A DNA stretch of 64,000 nucleotides from Phyllosticta citribraziliensis. Taxonomy: Eukaryota. Below are positions 10,601 through 25,300 of this stretch, in pieces (within the stretch, counting starts at the first letter, position 1; each line of letters begins with the position of its first letter). A program made the translations under genes and the position numbers. The notes under the pieces were generated by a model, which saw only the letters and a program-made list of their open reading frames with translations, searched no databases and had not been told where the DNA came from. Location: contig NW_027117339.1 of the NCBI RefSeq assembly GCF_038025025.1, positions 2,108,001-2,172,000 on the forward strand, read 5' to 3'.

Positions 10601-12501
10601 GGTTAGCGCTCGCGGCTGACCGTAACTTTGAGCCGACACCCAAAGTAGATCAAAGTCTAACGGGCCGGGAAGGACGCCTGGCCGTTATCAGCTGCATGAC
10701 CGTGTTTGTGGCGTCCGTGAGTCGCGAACGCACAATCCCAAGCTCGCTCTCGAGAGCTTTTTCAGGGATTCTGATGACAGCGACAGAAGCAATTTGGCGG
10801 GGATGATCTACAACACTCGGAGGTAGTGATGGCTTGGTTGGCTTCTGTCTCGTGCCAATGGAGGATGACGGTGGTTGCTTTTCCAAGGCAAGCGGAAGGA
10901 TCTTGGATGAGCCAAAATTGATTTTGCCGAGCAAAAATCTCTGGCAGTAGTCGGGGTGGAGGGGGGCATTCTGGGCGGCATGAGAGATGTATAGGCGGAA
11001 ACAAAAGCCAACCCACGGGTCAGTTGACATGGAATTGCCTTGCACCGAGTTCTCTTTATGGGAACAGGGCCAATCAGCGACCAGGTACCAGATACTCGAG
11101 GTCCCAGATGACTGACAAAGCATGCATGCTTCGAAGCAGCCGAGAGAGACGATGACTAGGATCGAGATGGTTGAATGATGGCGATGACCGAGAGGGAAAG
11201 CTCATGTGGGCAGGCGGAGAAGCAGAGGATCCGATGTGGAAACAAGGCATCTGGTCGACAGATGGGTGGTGTGATGGGCTCGCCAGCTCAGGGTCGTTTG
11301 GCTGACAGCGACAAGCGAAGAGGATGTGGGACCTGCTTCCTTGGCTGCCCGGCGAGGAGTCGACAGAAGGGCAAAAAAAAAAAAAAAAAAAAACCAAAAA
11401 AAAAAAAACTCGAGACAGCGAACAAGGGCTCAAGAGAGCCGTCTCACGAGCTGGAGCAAAAGAGCCGTTCGCCCGTTGCATCACAGTACAGGCCGGGACG
11501 GACCGCGCAGCGACCCTTGGGCAGGGCATGGCAGCGGGTTTGCTAGAAAGTATGCGTCGGCCTTGGACGTGGGGGGCCAGCATGAAGATGGTGGAGTTGG
11601 TGATGGAGCCATCCATGATTGGAGCGACGGCGGAGGCTGAACGGCGAGAGACAGAGAGGTAGGTCATGTAGGCAGTCATGGACGATCTGCCATGGTTGAC
11701 AATCATGGCGCCAGATCGGCCGCCTGGCACTTGGGACGAGCGCGCATGGCGATCCGGCGAGTAGAGGTACATGTGCGTTGGGCCATGGGGGAGAGCAGGA
11801 GGCGGGAGGTCAACCTAACTCAACCGTAGGACGAGCGGACGACTTCCAGCACCAACTGAGTTCCATGCGCGTAGCCACAGCAGACAGATGGATACGACTC
11901 GCTTTGCTTTGTACACGATGCACAACTGTCGTCGGTCCAGTCTGGCTTTGTTTTAGTGGCCTGGCTGGTCATGTGGTCGAGAACGCGCTAGCCATGTACA
12001 TTACCTTTGGCTCTGCTGTTTTGGTGCAAAGCGGCAGCCCCGCGACTCAGAAATTCGCTCCCGCCATATTACAACCTCCAATCTTCGCTGCGCTCCACCA
12101 TCCCCCAGTCCTCCTCGTCCCTGTGCGACCCAGCCTTCGTCCTGGCCATGCTGCCTGCCGCTTGATCGCCCTCTCTCGCTTCTCGCTCGCTCAACACTCC
12201 CGCGACCTTCGGCTCCCGACGACATAAGCCATCCATCCATCCATCCATCCGTCCACGACGACGCAACCTCACCCGCCTGCCACCCTCGTCCCTCGTCCCG
12301 GGCTCCCGCCTGGTCCACCCAACACTCCACTCCGCAGCCCATCGCCATTCGGTCATGATGGTCTGTCTCTCCACTGCTGCATAATCACCGACTTTGCCTG
12401 CCTTCCCCCCGGCACGGCCTGGGGAGACGGCCAGAGGGGAACGGCCTCCGCTCGCTACCAACCTCGATTTCGCCCATCCGCCCACCCTGCAATCCTCCGT
12501 C

Positions 12502-15500
12502 ATGGAAACTCCTCAGAAACCCTCGTTGGCCCCTCCCGCCGTCACGGCTCTCAAGCTCGAGGCCGGTGCGCCCCACCGCTCCATCACCATGCAGCGCACC
12601 CTCAGCCAGAGCAACCGCCACGAGATGGAACAGCTTAGAGAGGCTGCAGAGCAGACCCTCAACGTCTTGGTGGATCTGAATTTGGACGGCACCATTCGCT
12701 CCGTCAGTCCTTCGTGGAAAGACGTCGTTGGCACAGAGCCAGAGACGGTCGTTGGGAAACCCATTGAAGACCTGCTCATTGGGAACAAGCGCGTCTTTGC
12801 CGATGCAGTCGAGAAGATGCAGAACAATGATTCCAGGAGCCGACTCATTCGCTTTTCCATAGCCATGGGTCCGGCTTCCAAGATGCAGAAGAATGAGACA
12901 TCAGACGACCAAGACGAGTCCGCCGTTGAACAGCCCGAGACGCCCGAGCCCGTTGCCTTGAACCTCGAGGCGCAGGGAATCATGTCGTACAACCCCGTGT
13001 CTGGCGAGGACGGCCATGTAAGTAAACTCCGTCGCCGTTTACGCTTGGACATTCGGCTAACTGTCTAGACAATTTGGATGATGAGGCCTTCTGTCATCCG
13101 AGAGGTCACCATTGACCTTCCAGAAATTCTGGTCAACTCTCTTGGGGTTGGTGCTGAAGTCTTAGCTCGTTACTTGACAGAACTTGCAGAAGTGGGCGCA
13201 GACGATCCCGCTGCTCATCCACCTCCGCCTCAAGTACTGTGTCGAATTTGCGAGCGGAACATCGCCCCGTGGTGGTTCGAAAAGCACACCGAGCTTTGCT
13301 TGCAGGAACACAAAGCTGAAATGGAAGTGCAAATGGCCCAAGAAAACCTGGGCGAGCATCGAAACGCAATCGTCAAAGTTCTCGATGCCCTGGAAGCGGG
13401 TTCGCAGCGCGCCACTCGTGCAACTTCCGCTGGAGATTTGAGCTTGAGTCCACAACTCATCCAACCCCCGGCCGAGTACAAAGGACTCCCCATCTCTCCC
13501 GCCTCAACGCCTTCATCCGGACTTTCCTCTGGCAGAGCCTCGCCAGCATCGCCGCCTTCAAGCTCGCGGGAACGCACCGCGCTTGGCCACCGTCGAGGAC
13601 GCTCTTTTGCCGTGCGGCGTCCCATTTCACGGATCATCGAGCTCGTGCTCGACTTGTGCGACACAGCCCTGGAAATCAACACCCCAGCAATCAAGGATAC
13701 CCGCACCCAGTTTCCAACAGAGCTCAGGACCCAGTCACCTCAGTCCGAGAATCGCATATCGCAGGTTCTCCAATGGCAATCTCCAAGCATAGGATCAAAC
13801 GATGGCGAGCAAGGACTGCTAGCCCTCTGCGACGATACTGCCAAGTTTTGCAAAGCCAAAGTCGAAGCTATTTTCCGTTATCGCCACATACTCGAGTACT
13901 CTGAGCGCATCCGTATCGAGTTTGAAGATCTTGTACAAGAGTGCATAGAGGAGGCACTTGAGAAAGCCGGGCGCTATGCTCGCGGCGAGCTGTCTGATTC
14001 ATCTTCAGATACTGCAAGCCAGATAGAGCCCGAGGAGGGTCCGACTGATGCTGATCCGCCGGAGCTCCAACAAGAAGAAGGTCTTTTTCCCTGTTCTCTG
14101 CCGGATCATCCGTCGAGCATGAGCCAAGCATTACGAAGTACGTCCGAGCTGTCGTTGTCGTCCCGCTTCGATAGACGGCCCTCATCAGCTGCTGCTTCGA
14201 CAAGGTCCAGCAGTCCACGTGGAAGCCAGACGCCAAGGTCACATGCCGGTACCATGAGCGTCAAGTCTCAGAGCAAACGCACCTCGATGCATTTCGAAAG
14301 CGATGCAGGGGCTGAGAGCGACACGAGCGTGAGGTCTTCAGTCTTTTCGGGGCACAGGCGGGCAGATTCACCAAGCTCAGAGGCTGGACTCAGCAGAGTA
14401 GCAAGTTCTCGCGAGCGCAAGCGCAAAAGTTTAATTCTTCCGAGCGTCATGTCCAGCCGCCAACATTCACCGGCCAGGGGTGGCCTGCAGCAGCCTTCGT
14501 CACCACTGAGAATGACTAGGAGTCGCATGTCGATAGGCACAGAGGCGATGCAGTCTCCCATCACCTCTCCGGTGCTCTCAACAAGCGAGATCTCCTCTCC
14601 AGCCCTTCTTGCTCAACACCATCCACACCATCATCGACGCCAATCATCTACTGCCGGGTCCGACGTAGCAAGGCCTCCTGTATCGCCTCGATTGATACCT
14701 AGCAGTAATCCCCAGCCTAGAGCCCAGCCTCCGTCAATCAAGGACTTTGAAATCATCAAGCCCATCAGCAAAGGCGCGTTCGGCAGTGTCTACTTGTCGA
14801 AGAAGAAGTCCACTGGCGACTACTTTGCAATCAAGGTGCTGAAAAAGGCAGACATGGTTGCCAAGAACCAAGTCACCAACGTCAAGGCTGAGCGAGCGAT
14901 CATGATGTGGCAGGGCCAGAGTGATTTCGTTGCCAAACTTTACTGGACTTTTTCCAGCAAGGATTATCTTTACCTCGTCATGGAGTACCTCAATGGCGGC
15001 GATTGCGCGTCCCTCATCAAGGTCCTTGGCGCCCTGCCCGAAGACTGGGCAAAGAAATATCTTGCAGAAGTTGTGCTTGGAGTCGAGCATCTGCACAGTC
15101 GTGGCATTGTGCATCGAGATCTCAAGCCCGACAACTTGCTCATCGACCAAAAGGGCCATCTCAAGCTGACTGATTTTGGATTGTCCCGTATGGGGTTGAT
15201 TGGAAGACAAAAGAGAGCGCTGAACAGTAAACCTGAAGAGCAGGCGCCAGATCTCCTCAAGACCGGCCCCTTCCACAGAGCACTCTCCGTAACCTCTTCA
15301 CGATCTGCATCATTCGACATGCAAGGCTCGCAGCCTTCGCCCTCCAATACGCCTGCGTTGACACCTGCCATGGCGGGAGAACTTCACCAACCCTCGTACT
15401 TTAGCCTTTCTCGGGAGCCCCATCGTGAGCCGTCTCGGCGGACCTCGGGAAATCGCAGCGACAGCGCCGAAAGCGAAGCTTTCCAGAACATGTTCCGTAG

Positions 15501-18500
15501 GTTTTCAATTGCTGATGAACTACTACTTCCCGGGAACCCAAAACGCTCACCTATAGAAGAGGAGGACATTAGCGAAGGAGACGGCGTTTCTCCAGACCCC
15601 TACGCGCTCCATCCTACAATAAGCCACTCTAGCGTCGCGATGCACACAGGAACCCCGCCCTCGACGTCTACCATGCTTCCCCCTCCCATGGCCTTGTTCG
15701 ATCCGGAAGACAGCAACCGCAGATTCGTCGGCACCCCTGATTATCTCGCGCCGGAAACGATCAACGGAAGCGGGCAAGATGAGGTGAGTGACTGGTGGTC
15801 GCTTGGCTGCATCCTATTCGAATGTCTCTACGGGTACCCTCCTTTCCACGCCGAAACGCCGGACCAGGTCTTTCAAAACATCCTCGAGCGCAGGATCGAC
15901 TGGCCACCTGAAGATGAGTACGAAGTATCTGAAGAAGCAAAGGATTTGATGAATCGCCTCATGTGCACTGATCCCAGCAAGCGACTTGGTGCCAACATGG
16001 ACGACAAGTACGCAAGCGGCGGAGAAGAAATCCGAAATCACCCTTGGTTTGCTGACGTTAACTGGGATTCGCTTCGAGACGACGAGGCTTCGTTCGTGCC
16101 TGCCTCGGAAAACCCCGAAGACACAGAGTATTTCGACGCGAGGGGCGCGACTATGCAAAACTTTGCTGCCGAGTTTGAAGATCAGACTTCATCACCCGCC
16201 GGAACTCCTGGAGCCGATTATCCTGAGCGACCCCACGATGCTTTATCTCGCGTGAGGTCACAAGTCCAGGTAACCTCGGCAAAGCGAAGCTTGATGCCTC
16301 TCCACATTCCTCCTCACGTCCGTGAAGGCAGGAGTAGGAGACTGAGCGAGCCCATGGGAACCGACGACTTTGGAGCCTTTGCATTCAAGAACCTGCCGGT
16401 ATTAGAGAAGGCAAACAAGGATGTGATACAGAAACTTCGCGCTGAAGCTATGCAAGCGCAGACGAAGCCGCCCTCGACCGTCACTTCTCCTTCGGTGAGC
16501 TCACCAACACCGTCGCTGGATTCTAGTCCAATGGCCCAGGTGTCAGGTCTGAAGAGGACCCAATCATCCGCCGGCAAGGGTGGAAGGCCAGGATCACCTG
16601 CTGTAAGCCAAGTCAGTTCCTCACCAAGCAGGGCATCTCAACCTTCATCACCACTCCTCGTCTCGTTCAGTACTGGTCAGCACCACGAAAGACGAAAGAC
16701 GTCCAGCGGCGCATCGTCCCTTTCGCTGCAACCAACAAGCACCAGTGGATCATTGCAACCTGGAAGCTTCTTCGACGCAAAAATGTCCCAAAGCCTCAAG
16801 CTTACGGGGCCATCTCCGATCAAGCCCACCAAAACATCAGGGAGCTCGGTAGGCTCAATATCGCAGGAAGTCAAATCGGCCGGCGCATTGCCGCGTCAAC
16901 ACGGCGGATCAGTGCCGTCACCTCGGGCACGTTCGCACACGATCGGATCTCAAGAGGACAACGTGGAAGTCGCACCGTTTCAACACACACAACACAAGCG
17001 CAGGAGTCAAGTCTTTGATATATCACCATCGTCGTCCGACACGGAGGAATCTAGACAAAAGGCGCTTCTACGCGTGCACAGACGACGACAAAGCACGCGG
17101 AGGCTTTCGCACATTGCAGCAGACGGACCGTTTTTCAGGCCTTTGGACATTCTTGTCGTCGAGGACCACCCGGTATCACGATTGGTCATGGAGAAGCTAC
17201 TCGAAAAATTGCGTTGCCGGACAATAACAGTTCAAACTGGCCCCGAGGCAATGCGCTACGCCATGAGCGAAGTCAAATTCGACATCATCATGATGGAGTA
17301 TCGCCTTCCTCAAATCAACGGCGCAGATGTTGCTCGAATGATTCGAGAGACGCGCAACCCAAACAGCCACACCCCCATTGTTGCCGTCACTGGATACCTC
17401 AAAGAATTGCAGGCCCCACACCACTTTGATGCCCTGATTGAGAAACCGCCTACCATTGCGAAGCTCACCGAGGTCATTGGGCGCCTCTGTCAATGGAAAC
17501 CTCCGCCACCAAACTGGACTCCGGCAATGCTGCCCGCATTCCCAACCTCAAGTCTCCGGCAGGAGTCGTCACGCCTGGATGACAGCCCAACATCCAACTC
17601 GTCTGGCTTTGCCCCAGTCCCCTCCGGAAGCTATCGTGGCTCTAGCCGAGAAGACTCCATCAGCTCCAGCATATTCGGCGACAATGAAAACCGCGATGAC
17701 GTGCCTGTTGTGATTTCACGCCAGCCTACCGATGAATGGCGAGATCGTGACATTGCGCGCGCGTTTGGTGGCCTTGGAATTTCAGACGAGCAAGCTGCCG
17801 AACCCAAGAACCTCATTAAGCCTCTTCCAGACATTGCTCCTCTTCGGTTGGAAGCTTCAGCACCAGCGACTTTGGAGCATCCGTCACCAGTACCAAGGAA
17901 ACAACGATCCTCGGAGCAAATCAATGCAAAGCGGCGCTCGCTCGAAAAACAGAAGCACGAATCCGCCGAGTCCGGTGACGACGAGGACGAAGAACTTGGT
18001 AGCAACCAAGTGACTCGAGCCAAGAGCCCAAGTGCGAAGTGCGGGCGAGCTCGTGGTTCCTCCAAACTCGGCGTGGAGATGATGCGCACAAATAGCCATG
18101 GCAGTGTAGTTTCGGTAGAAGACATTGCGGCTGCAGGGGCGGTTGCAGACACCATGTCCAGTCCACCGCCTGCCATCACGGAAGAACAGATGCCTCTCAC
18201 CACGCCTAAGCTCCTAACTTCGCAGCCGTCAGGACAGACCCCGAATCGCAAGACTTCCGACCCCAATCCGATACGAACGCCGGCCGGATCCCCCACCAGC
18301 GCCCCTCGTTTGGAAGTTGACTGGTCCGCCGAAGGCAAGCGCCTAGATGGCTCCCATCTCAAACCTCGGAAGTCGCCCACAAACATTTCAATCACGCCGC
18401 CCGAAATGCTTCCACGCATGCCCGGGGACGCTGTGAAAGAAATTGAAATGGATCAGGAGCAGGACATTGACGCCGAAGCCACCCCCAAGGCCAGTCACTC

Positions 18501-18582
18501 AACGGAGCTAGGCGTCGACCCGGATCCCACCCCCAAGGCGTCCGGGACGAGCAGTCCATCGAGAAGCTGTAGGGAATCATAA
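12502..18582 (+). CDS. RIM15: Rim15/Cek1 (Greatwall-like) Ser/Thr kinase with PAS, C2HC zinc finger, split AGC kinase domain and receiver domain; intron 13018-13068
   Basis: PAS (LDGTIRSVSPSWKDVVG), CRICER..HTELC finger, ISKGAFG, HRDLKPDN, DFG, long insert then FVGTPDYLAPE, DDFGAFAFKNL hydrophobic motif, C-terminal REC fold. Canonical gtaagt..ctaac..tag intron. Confidence 0.95.
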
Positions 18583-20584
18583 TTGGACTGCGGGGGCATT
18601 GGGCTGTACATTTTTTGGCAGGGGCATCCAGATTGATAGTGGAGTAAAAGAGAAGGGAGTCGGTTGTATCACCACCTCCCTCTAACATCGGCTTTAGCAC
18701 CTCGATCGAGTCCTCAACTTGAACTCACCCTGGTCCTTGTTTTTTCTCGCTCCTGAAACCACCAAGAAGACCGAAAATCCAAAAAAAAAAAGAGAAAAAA
18801 AAGCAGAAAAAAAGAAACCCCTTTTTACAATCTTTCACTTTTGTTATTGAAACTGATGTTTCATGGGGCTGTTGCGGCTGACGGTTGGTCGGTCGGTTGG
18901 ATCTTCGGTTTGGATGAATGCTTGCTTCGATGCGTAGCAGAAAAAGATTGGAACACCAACCTCTCCCCCGCCGCCTGCGGCTGTCACCTTTATCCTCTCA
19001 AAACTGCAAACACCCAGACTGTCACATGCGGTCGTTCCTCTCGTTGTTCCCGTCAGATTGTGGACAAAAATTTGGCACTTTTCCTTTGTCACGCTGTTCT
19101 CTCTCCTCTGTTCAAAGCCCAGGCGCCTGCACGAGTGTACTGCTTGCTTGGTGGGGAGAAGCCGAGCTCGGGCCTTGAAGAGCTTGAGGTGACGGGCCTC
19201 TCTTCTCACCTTTGTTTTTCTCTTCGTCAACTAGCTCCTCCTCACTTTTCTGCGCCGATCAGTTGATCCTGCGCCCCTCCTCTTCTTTTTCCTTCCATGT
19301 TTGGTCCAACTCTTGTTGAGCGGTAAAGCGTGGTGTTGGTAGGTTCCCTTGTTTGTATCTTTCAGTGTGTCTTCTGTTCGAGACCTTTTCTTCCTCTTCT
19401 CTTCCTCTCTTGTCGTCGTCGTCGACGTGTCTCCATTTTCCTTGTACCGAGTACCTAAGTAAGTAGGCAAATAAGCGAGTGGGCCGGCTGTTTGTAGCTA
19501 GCTAGTTGCTCCTGAGCTGAAACTGTAGCTGAAGCTGAGCTAAGGTGAGGTGAGATGAGATGAGTGGGCTGCGTCAGTGAGCCAATGACTGAGTAGCGGA
19601 GTGAGTGGATGAGTGAGTGAGTCAGTGAGTGGAATGGTTGTGTAGTGCTGCTGCCACTTCAAGCTCGAAGCGTGTCCAAGATTGAGTGCTGAAGCCAAGG
19701 GACATGGATCACACGCCTGTATATTTGTATTTGCCAAAGTAGAAGTGCGGGATCTGTATGAGCGCTAGCAGCGGGTTACAATTGCTTTCTTACTGGACCA
19801 TGAGACGTCGTCCGAGAATTGGAAAATGCAGGTTGAGCTTTTTGGAAAACTACATAGCACACGCAAAGACCCTTTGGATGACCTGACCAAGCGCAGGCAA
19901 CCGTGTAAAAATCAAAATGCACGATTGAACTTTTTGACGTAACAGGAGCAAAGCAGGAATCCAAGCGCGTGCAGTCAGTCTTGCTGCCCTGTTCGTGGGA
20001 AAAGTCGAAAATTTCTGAGGACGCTGAAGCCATGTTTGAGTGGAAACCACCATCGCTTCCGCCTGCCCTCCCAACGCAGGCCATCCAAGAAAGTCTCACA
20101 TCCCCCCTGCATACTGTAAGTGGCCTTTGCTCAAAACATGTAGTCGAGGGGTCCATGTCGTTGCTTGTCCAGGTTTGCGCTCCCTGGGGCGTGGCTGTGC
20201 AGCGTTGGTGCAACGCTTCATGGCGCAGATCAACCATCTCATGCGGCTGTGCTTGCCTCCACTAGAGCACACCCCTGGATGAGCCGTGTAGAGCAACTCG
20301 ACCCGGGTTCTTGCTGACGGCCCGCCGGCCATGTGTATTTGTGGTGGTTCGCTTTGCTACCTCGTTGACTCGTCGGTCTTGTGCCAGTCGTTCGCCGCCG
20401 CCGTCTATCCTCGCTCGCTATGTCATGTCGTCGTCACCGCGCATGTCGTGTTGTTGGCCCCCGGGATTCCTATTTTTCCGTAGTATTTCCAAGTTTGGAG
20501 TGGTCGTGGTCGTGGTCATGGTCATGTGTTTCTTTTTATAGAACAAAAAACGGTGTGGGTAAGCCGGACGGCAGGGGCGGCCGC

Positions 20585-21156
20585 TCACTCGCTGTTCATG
20601 GCGCGCACGCGGTTGATCTCGAGCAGCAGCTGTTGGAGGTCGTCATCGGAAATCTTGTCGACCAGCGAGGGGATCAGCGTCTTTGCCTCTTCGGCGTTGT
20701 CGCAGCAGAGGGAGCCTGTTGGTCAGTCAGCTTCGACTCGTGACGCGACGAGGCGGCGTTGGGGGGGGACTGCGCGGCGATGCGAATTGCGGGCGAACAC
20801 GTATCACGACGGCGGGGGAGGGGGTTGAGGAAGGGAAGCGTACCGAGCTGGCTCCTCTCAAAGCCGGCAAGGTCGTTGCGGGTGCGCAGCAGATTGTCGA
20901 TGCTATCGCAATCGTCACGGTCCTTGAAGCGGCTGAAGACATCGAGGTAGGCGCGCATCTTGGTCAGGGTCTCGGTCTCGTTGAGCGCGATCTTGTGCTT
21001 CTTGCGGTGCTCGACGATGGCATCGATGATCAAGCGCGCCTCGGACAGGGTCAGGGTGGTAACGTTCTGGAACTCGCCCAGCTTGAGCTCTTGGCCGGCC
21101 TCTTCGTCGCCGGCGCCCTCGCCCTTGGGACGACGGCGGCGCTGGGTGTAGCCCAT
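20585..21156 (-). CDS. RPB4: RNA polymerase II subunit Rpb4; intron 20843-20716
   Basis: ELKLGEFQNVTTLTLSEARLII and FERSQLG|SLCCDNAEEAKTLIPSL HRDC-like signature. Confidence 0.93.
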
Positions 21157-22346
21157 GGGTGCAGAGGTTCGTGGGGGGTGGGAGGGGTGTTGAAGTTGGA
21201 TTAAGGTCGAGACGTTGCGTTGCGGGCGTGCGGCTCTGTGGGTGTGAAGCTTTGGGTTCGCCGGCGGCGCCGCGGCCGAGGAAGCGACGGGATGATAAGT
21301 CGTGGCCGACCGGGGGCCACCCACGGTACTGTACAGTCTCAACACCACACCACAGCAGACGACGGGTCGGGTGCAAGTGATTCGACTGGAGGACGGGCTG
21401 CATGCATAATGTACGGCGGATTACCTAATGGCCCCTGAGCAGCGTGAGCAGGACGGATGCACTCTTGGACGGCAATCTTAATTACAGCGTACAGCAAGTT
21501 TAGGACTGCAGCGGGCGAGGGGCGGGCAATGCAACAGATAATTACACGTCTAGATGGTACAATGTAGGCTGGCTCATGGATCAACAGCTTAACGCCCGGA
21601 GCACGGCCATCTCAATCTTCCCTCCGTATACCTTGCACGCAGAGGCCATGCTCCTCTTTTTGTCCCTTTAGCCTCTGCCACCAACGTCAAAACACTCCCC
21701 CTCGCACTCGCACCTCACTCAGCGTCAGTCCTGTCGACCGCGAGGCTCCCCACAACCACCTCAGCCAGGCCAAGCTCCACTACATTACCTACTACAACCG
21801 CTCTGCCGTGCCCTCCCGTGCCGTGCCCTCTCCCCCATCCGCCCTCCGCCTCCGGCCTGCCAGACGTGCTGCAGTCCAGTCGCGCTTCCGTCGTCTAGCA
21901 GTGGTGCATGGCGGCGCCCGTCTCGTCGCGCTCGCTCGTTTCAGCCTCTACTCTCCCGCTTCCCTTTCCCCTGCAGGGATCTCTCCAACCGACGACACGA
22001 CCAACTCGAGGGTCCGACAACTCGCCGGCGCAACAATAACACCCACCGCCCATGTTAATGACCATCGCCTCAGGAGCTCCAGTCCACCACCAACAACTCT
22101 CGCTCCCTGCCCGCCGATTCCCATCCCGCCAAACCCTCGCCAAGCTGCGCCCGCCTACTCCTCTCCGCACTCCCGCTGCCTCCTCCGAGCCGCCCAACAC
22201 CACCACCTCCTCCACCGCTACCACCACACCCCCGAGCAGACAGTCCCACGCCCCGTACCGCCTGCGACCTTTGTCCACCTCCGTCAGCCTCGCCGCACCC
22301 ACAAGGGACAGCTCCGTGTGCGCATCAGGGGTGCTGGCGTCACATC

Positions 22347-25300
22347 ATGGCAACCCCTTCAGAGGGTACGCTGTCAAGAGACGGCCTAGGCCCACCTGAA
22401 GACGTTCTGTCTGGCGCTCCCGGCGATGCTGCCAGCCCAAACATCCAAGGGGATCCGTCCGCCGACCGCTCCGAGTTACGATCGCGTGGAAGAGACAATG
22501 CCGACGCCGGCGCGCTTAGCACGTCGCGAGATAGGTCGCGCAACGGTTCGCGGAGGCCGTCCGGCTCGCGCACCTGTGGAAAGTGTAAAGGCCATCTGAC
22601 TGGCCAGTTTGTCAGGGCGCTTGGCGACACGTTCCACCTCGAGTGCTTCACGTGCCATGTTAGTTATATCCCGTCGTTGCCTTTGGCTCTGCCCTCCCCC
22701 GCTGACCCAACAATAGGACTGCGACAAGATTGTGGCATCAAAGTTCTTCCCCGTTCCCGACTCAGGCCCGAACCAATACCCCCTCTGCGAAACAGATTAT
22801 TTCCGCCGGCTGGATCTGCTCTGCTACGAGTGCGGCGGCGCCTTGCGCGGCTCGTACATAACCGCTCTGGATCGCAAATACCACATTGAACACTTTACCT
22901 GTTCCGTGTGTCCCACCGTCTTCGGGGCGCAGGACAGCTACTACGAGCACGACAGCAACGTATATTGTCACTTTCATTATTCCACTCGGTTTGCTCAGCG
23001 GTGCAACGGCTGTCAGACTGCCATCCTAAAGCAATTTGTCGAAATCTTTCGGAACGGCCAGAACCAACATTGGCATCCCGAGTGTTATATGATACACAAG
23101 TTTTGGAATGTCCGACTTCACTCGTCAGGGCAGCCCGTTGTGGAAAAGGCGCGCGCCGAGGAAGAGGACAACGACGAGCTTCGAAAGCAAGTTCGTCTGG
23201 AAGAAGAACGCGTAGAAGAAAAAGTCAATTGGATTTGGAAGACGCTGTCGGCGTTTGAAGAGCGCTCGGCGACGTGCATTTCGGACATGTTGCTGCACGT
23301 CAGCAACGGCGCTTATTTCGACGGGGTCCTCGCCGCAAGACGATTCATCGTTCACATTGACCTGCTCTTTGAAGCGGCTGACGACCTGGATCGGCTGCTG
23401 GCTGAGCAGACGCCCAAAGGTGCGTCATCTTTCCCCGCGCCCCTCTCCGCTGGTGCTAACGTGCTTGCAGGGCTTTCATATTCCCGCGAGGCCAAGTTGC
23501 TGTGCAAAAAGGTTGTCGCCTTTTTCCAGCTTCTGGCCCAGTCCCAGGACACGGGAGTGCGCAGGCTGGGCGTAACCCAAGAGTTGTTGTCGCTTGTGAC
23601 GGGTCTGGCCCACTACCTAAAGCTCCTCATTCGGATATGTCTTCAGGGCGCTTTGAAGCTGGAGCGCGAGACTGGTCGCACGCAGGGGTTGACCAGCTTC
23701 ATGACCCACATCAATTCGCTCGAGCCTAAGCTCGAACAAGACAGCCAGACCGACTCGAGTAGTGAGTCGGCATTACTGGTCCATCGGACAGCAGACACCT
23801 GTCCCGTTTGCGACAAACCAGTAGAAGACAGGTGCATGAGAAAGGGCTACAGGGTCTTCCACGTCGCCTGCATGGCCTGTCAAAATTGCAACAAAGACCT
23901 CCGAGACTCGCCAGAGGCTAGATGGAGCGGCGTCCACGAGAGGCTGCTTTGCGCAGGCTGCTCTGCCAATGTTTCAGATGCTGAAGAGGGCTTTGTGCAC
24001 GTCACCAGGTTGCGTCAATACGTCCATCTCTTGCGGGTCGCCCATTCTCGTCTTCTGGCTACATTACGCACAAGTGGCGCGTTGCCGCACACATCAGGTA
24101 AGCCCAGGTCCGCCCTCACCAGTGGACTTCTGGCTGACTTTCCCCTACAGACGACCCGAATCTGGCCAACTATGATTCAAATGGTGGCCACCGCATCTCC
24201 CCACCCGGATCAGAAGCTGTTGAGCCACCCCTCCTTCGCTCAGATACAAGATCAAGGTCTTATAACGGACAGAATGTGCAGGAGAAAGCCACTCCTTCGT
24301 CGTACGAACAAACCCTGGGCGATATTCGACGATTACGATCGACTCGGCTCGATAAACACCTGTCCAACACGATGAAGCGCGCTCGGACGTCAAGGGTAAT
24401 GGACGGTCCCGAGGGTGTACGACCCGGATCGACAGGAAATGCAGGCGCTCATCCAGGCATGACCATTGAGCAAGGACGCGACCCCAACGACGGGGATGCA
24501 CTGACTTTTGGTACCAACGGCGGCATTGCCCTCGACGACATTCCCCGGATCATCGCCGCCGAGCAGGCAAAGGATCAAAGACCAAATGCCGCCAAGTACG
24601 CCGGCGGTCACCTCACCGGACGCGAGCCCAGAGCTAAGTTGGTCAACGGCCATCGCCGGGATGTATCTGGTGCACAAGAGTTGGAAAAGGCAGCTGCAGG
24701 CGAAGGCCATTACGGCAAAAAGTACTTTTCAGAGCTCACTGCTCTCGAGTACTTTATCGTTCGGCACGTAGCGGTCCTCACAATGGAGCCATTGCTCGAA
24801 GGCCACTTCAACCAGGAAGAGTTGCTCGAGCTGATTGAAAACCAAAAGAGGCCAACATTCTGGAATAAATTCGGCAAGGCTTTCAAGGGCGCCGGCAACG
24901 AGAAACCCAAGGGCGCCAAGAAGAAGGGTGTTTTTGGCAAGAGCCTTGAGTATGTCGTCGAAAAAGACGGCGCCGAGTCAACCGACTGCGTGGGTCCGGG
25001 CACACTAAAAGTCCCAGCACTTGTCCAAGACGCCGTGTCAGCAATGCGCACTATGGACATGTCGGTTGAAGGTGTATTCCGTAAGAACGGCAACATCAAG
25101 AGGCTGCGTGAGCTTTCCGAGGAAATCGACAACAAGGGGGGAGATGCCGTTGACCTTACTCGCGAGAGCCCGGTCAACCTGGCTGCCCTCCTGAAGAAGT
25201 TTCTGCGTGAGCTTCCGGATCCTGTCATGACATTCAAACTTCACAAGTTGTTCATCACCAGTGCTAAGATACAAGATGAGGACAAGCGACGTCGGGTGCT

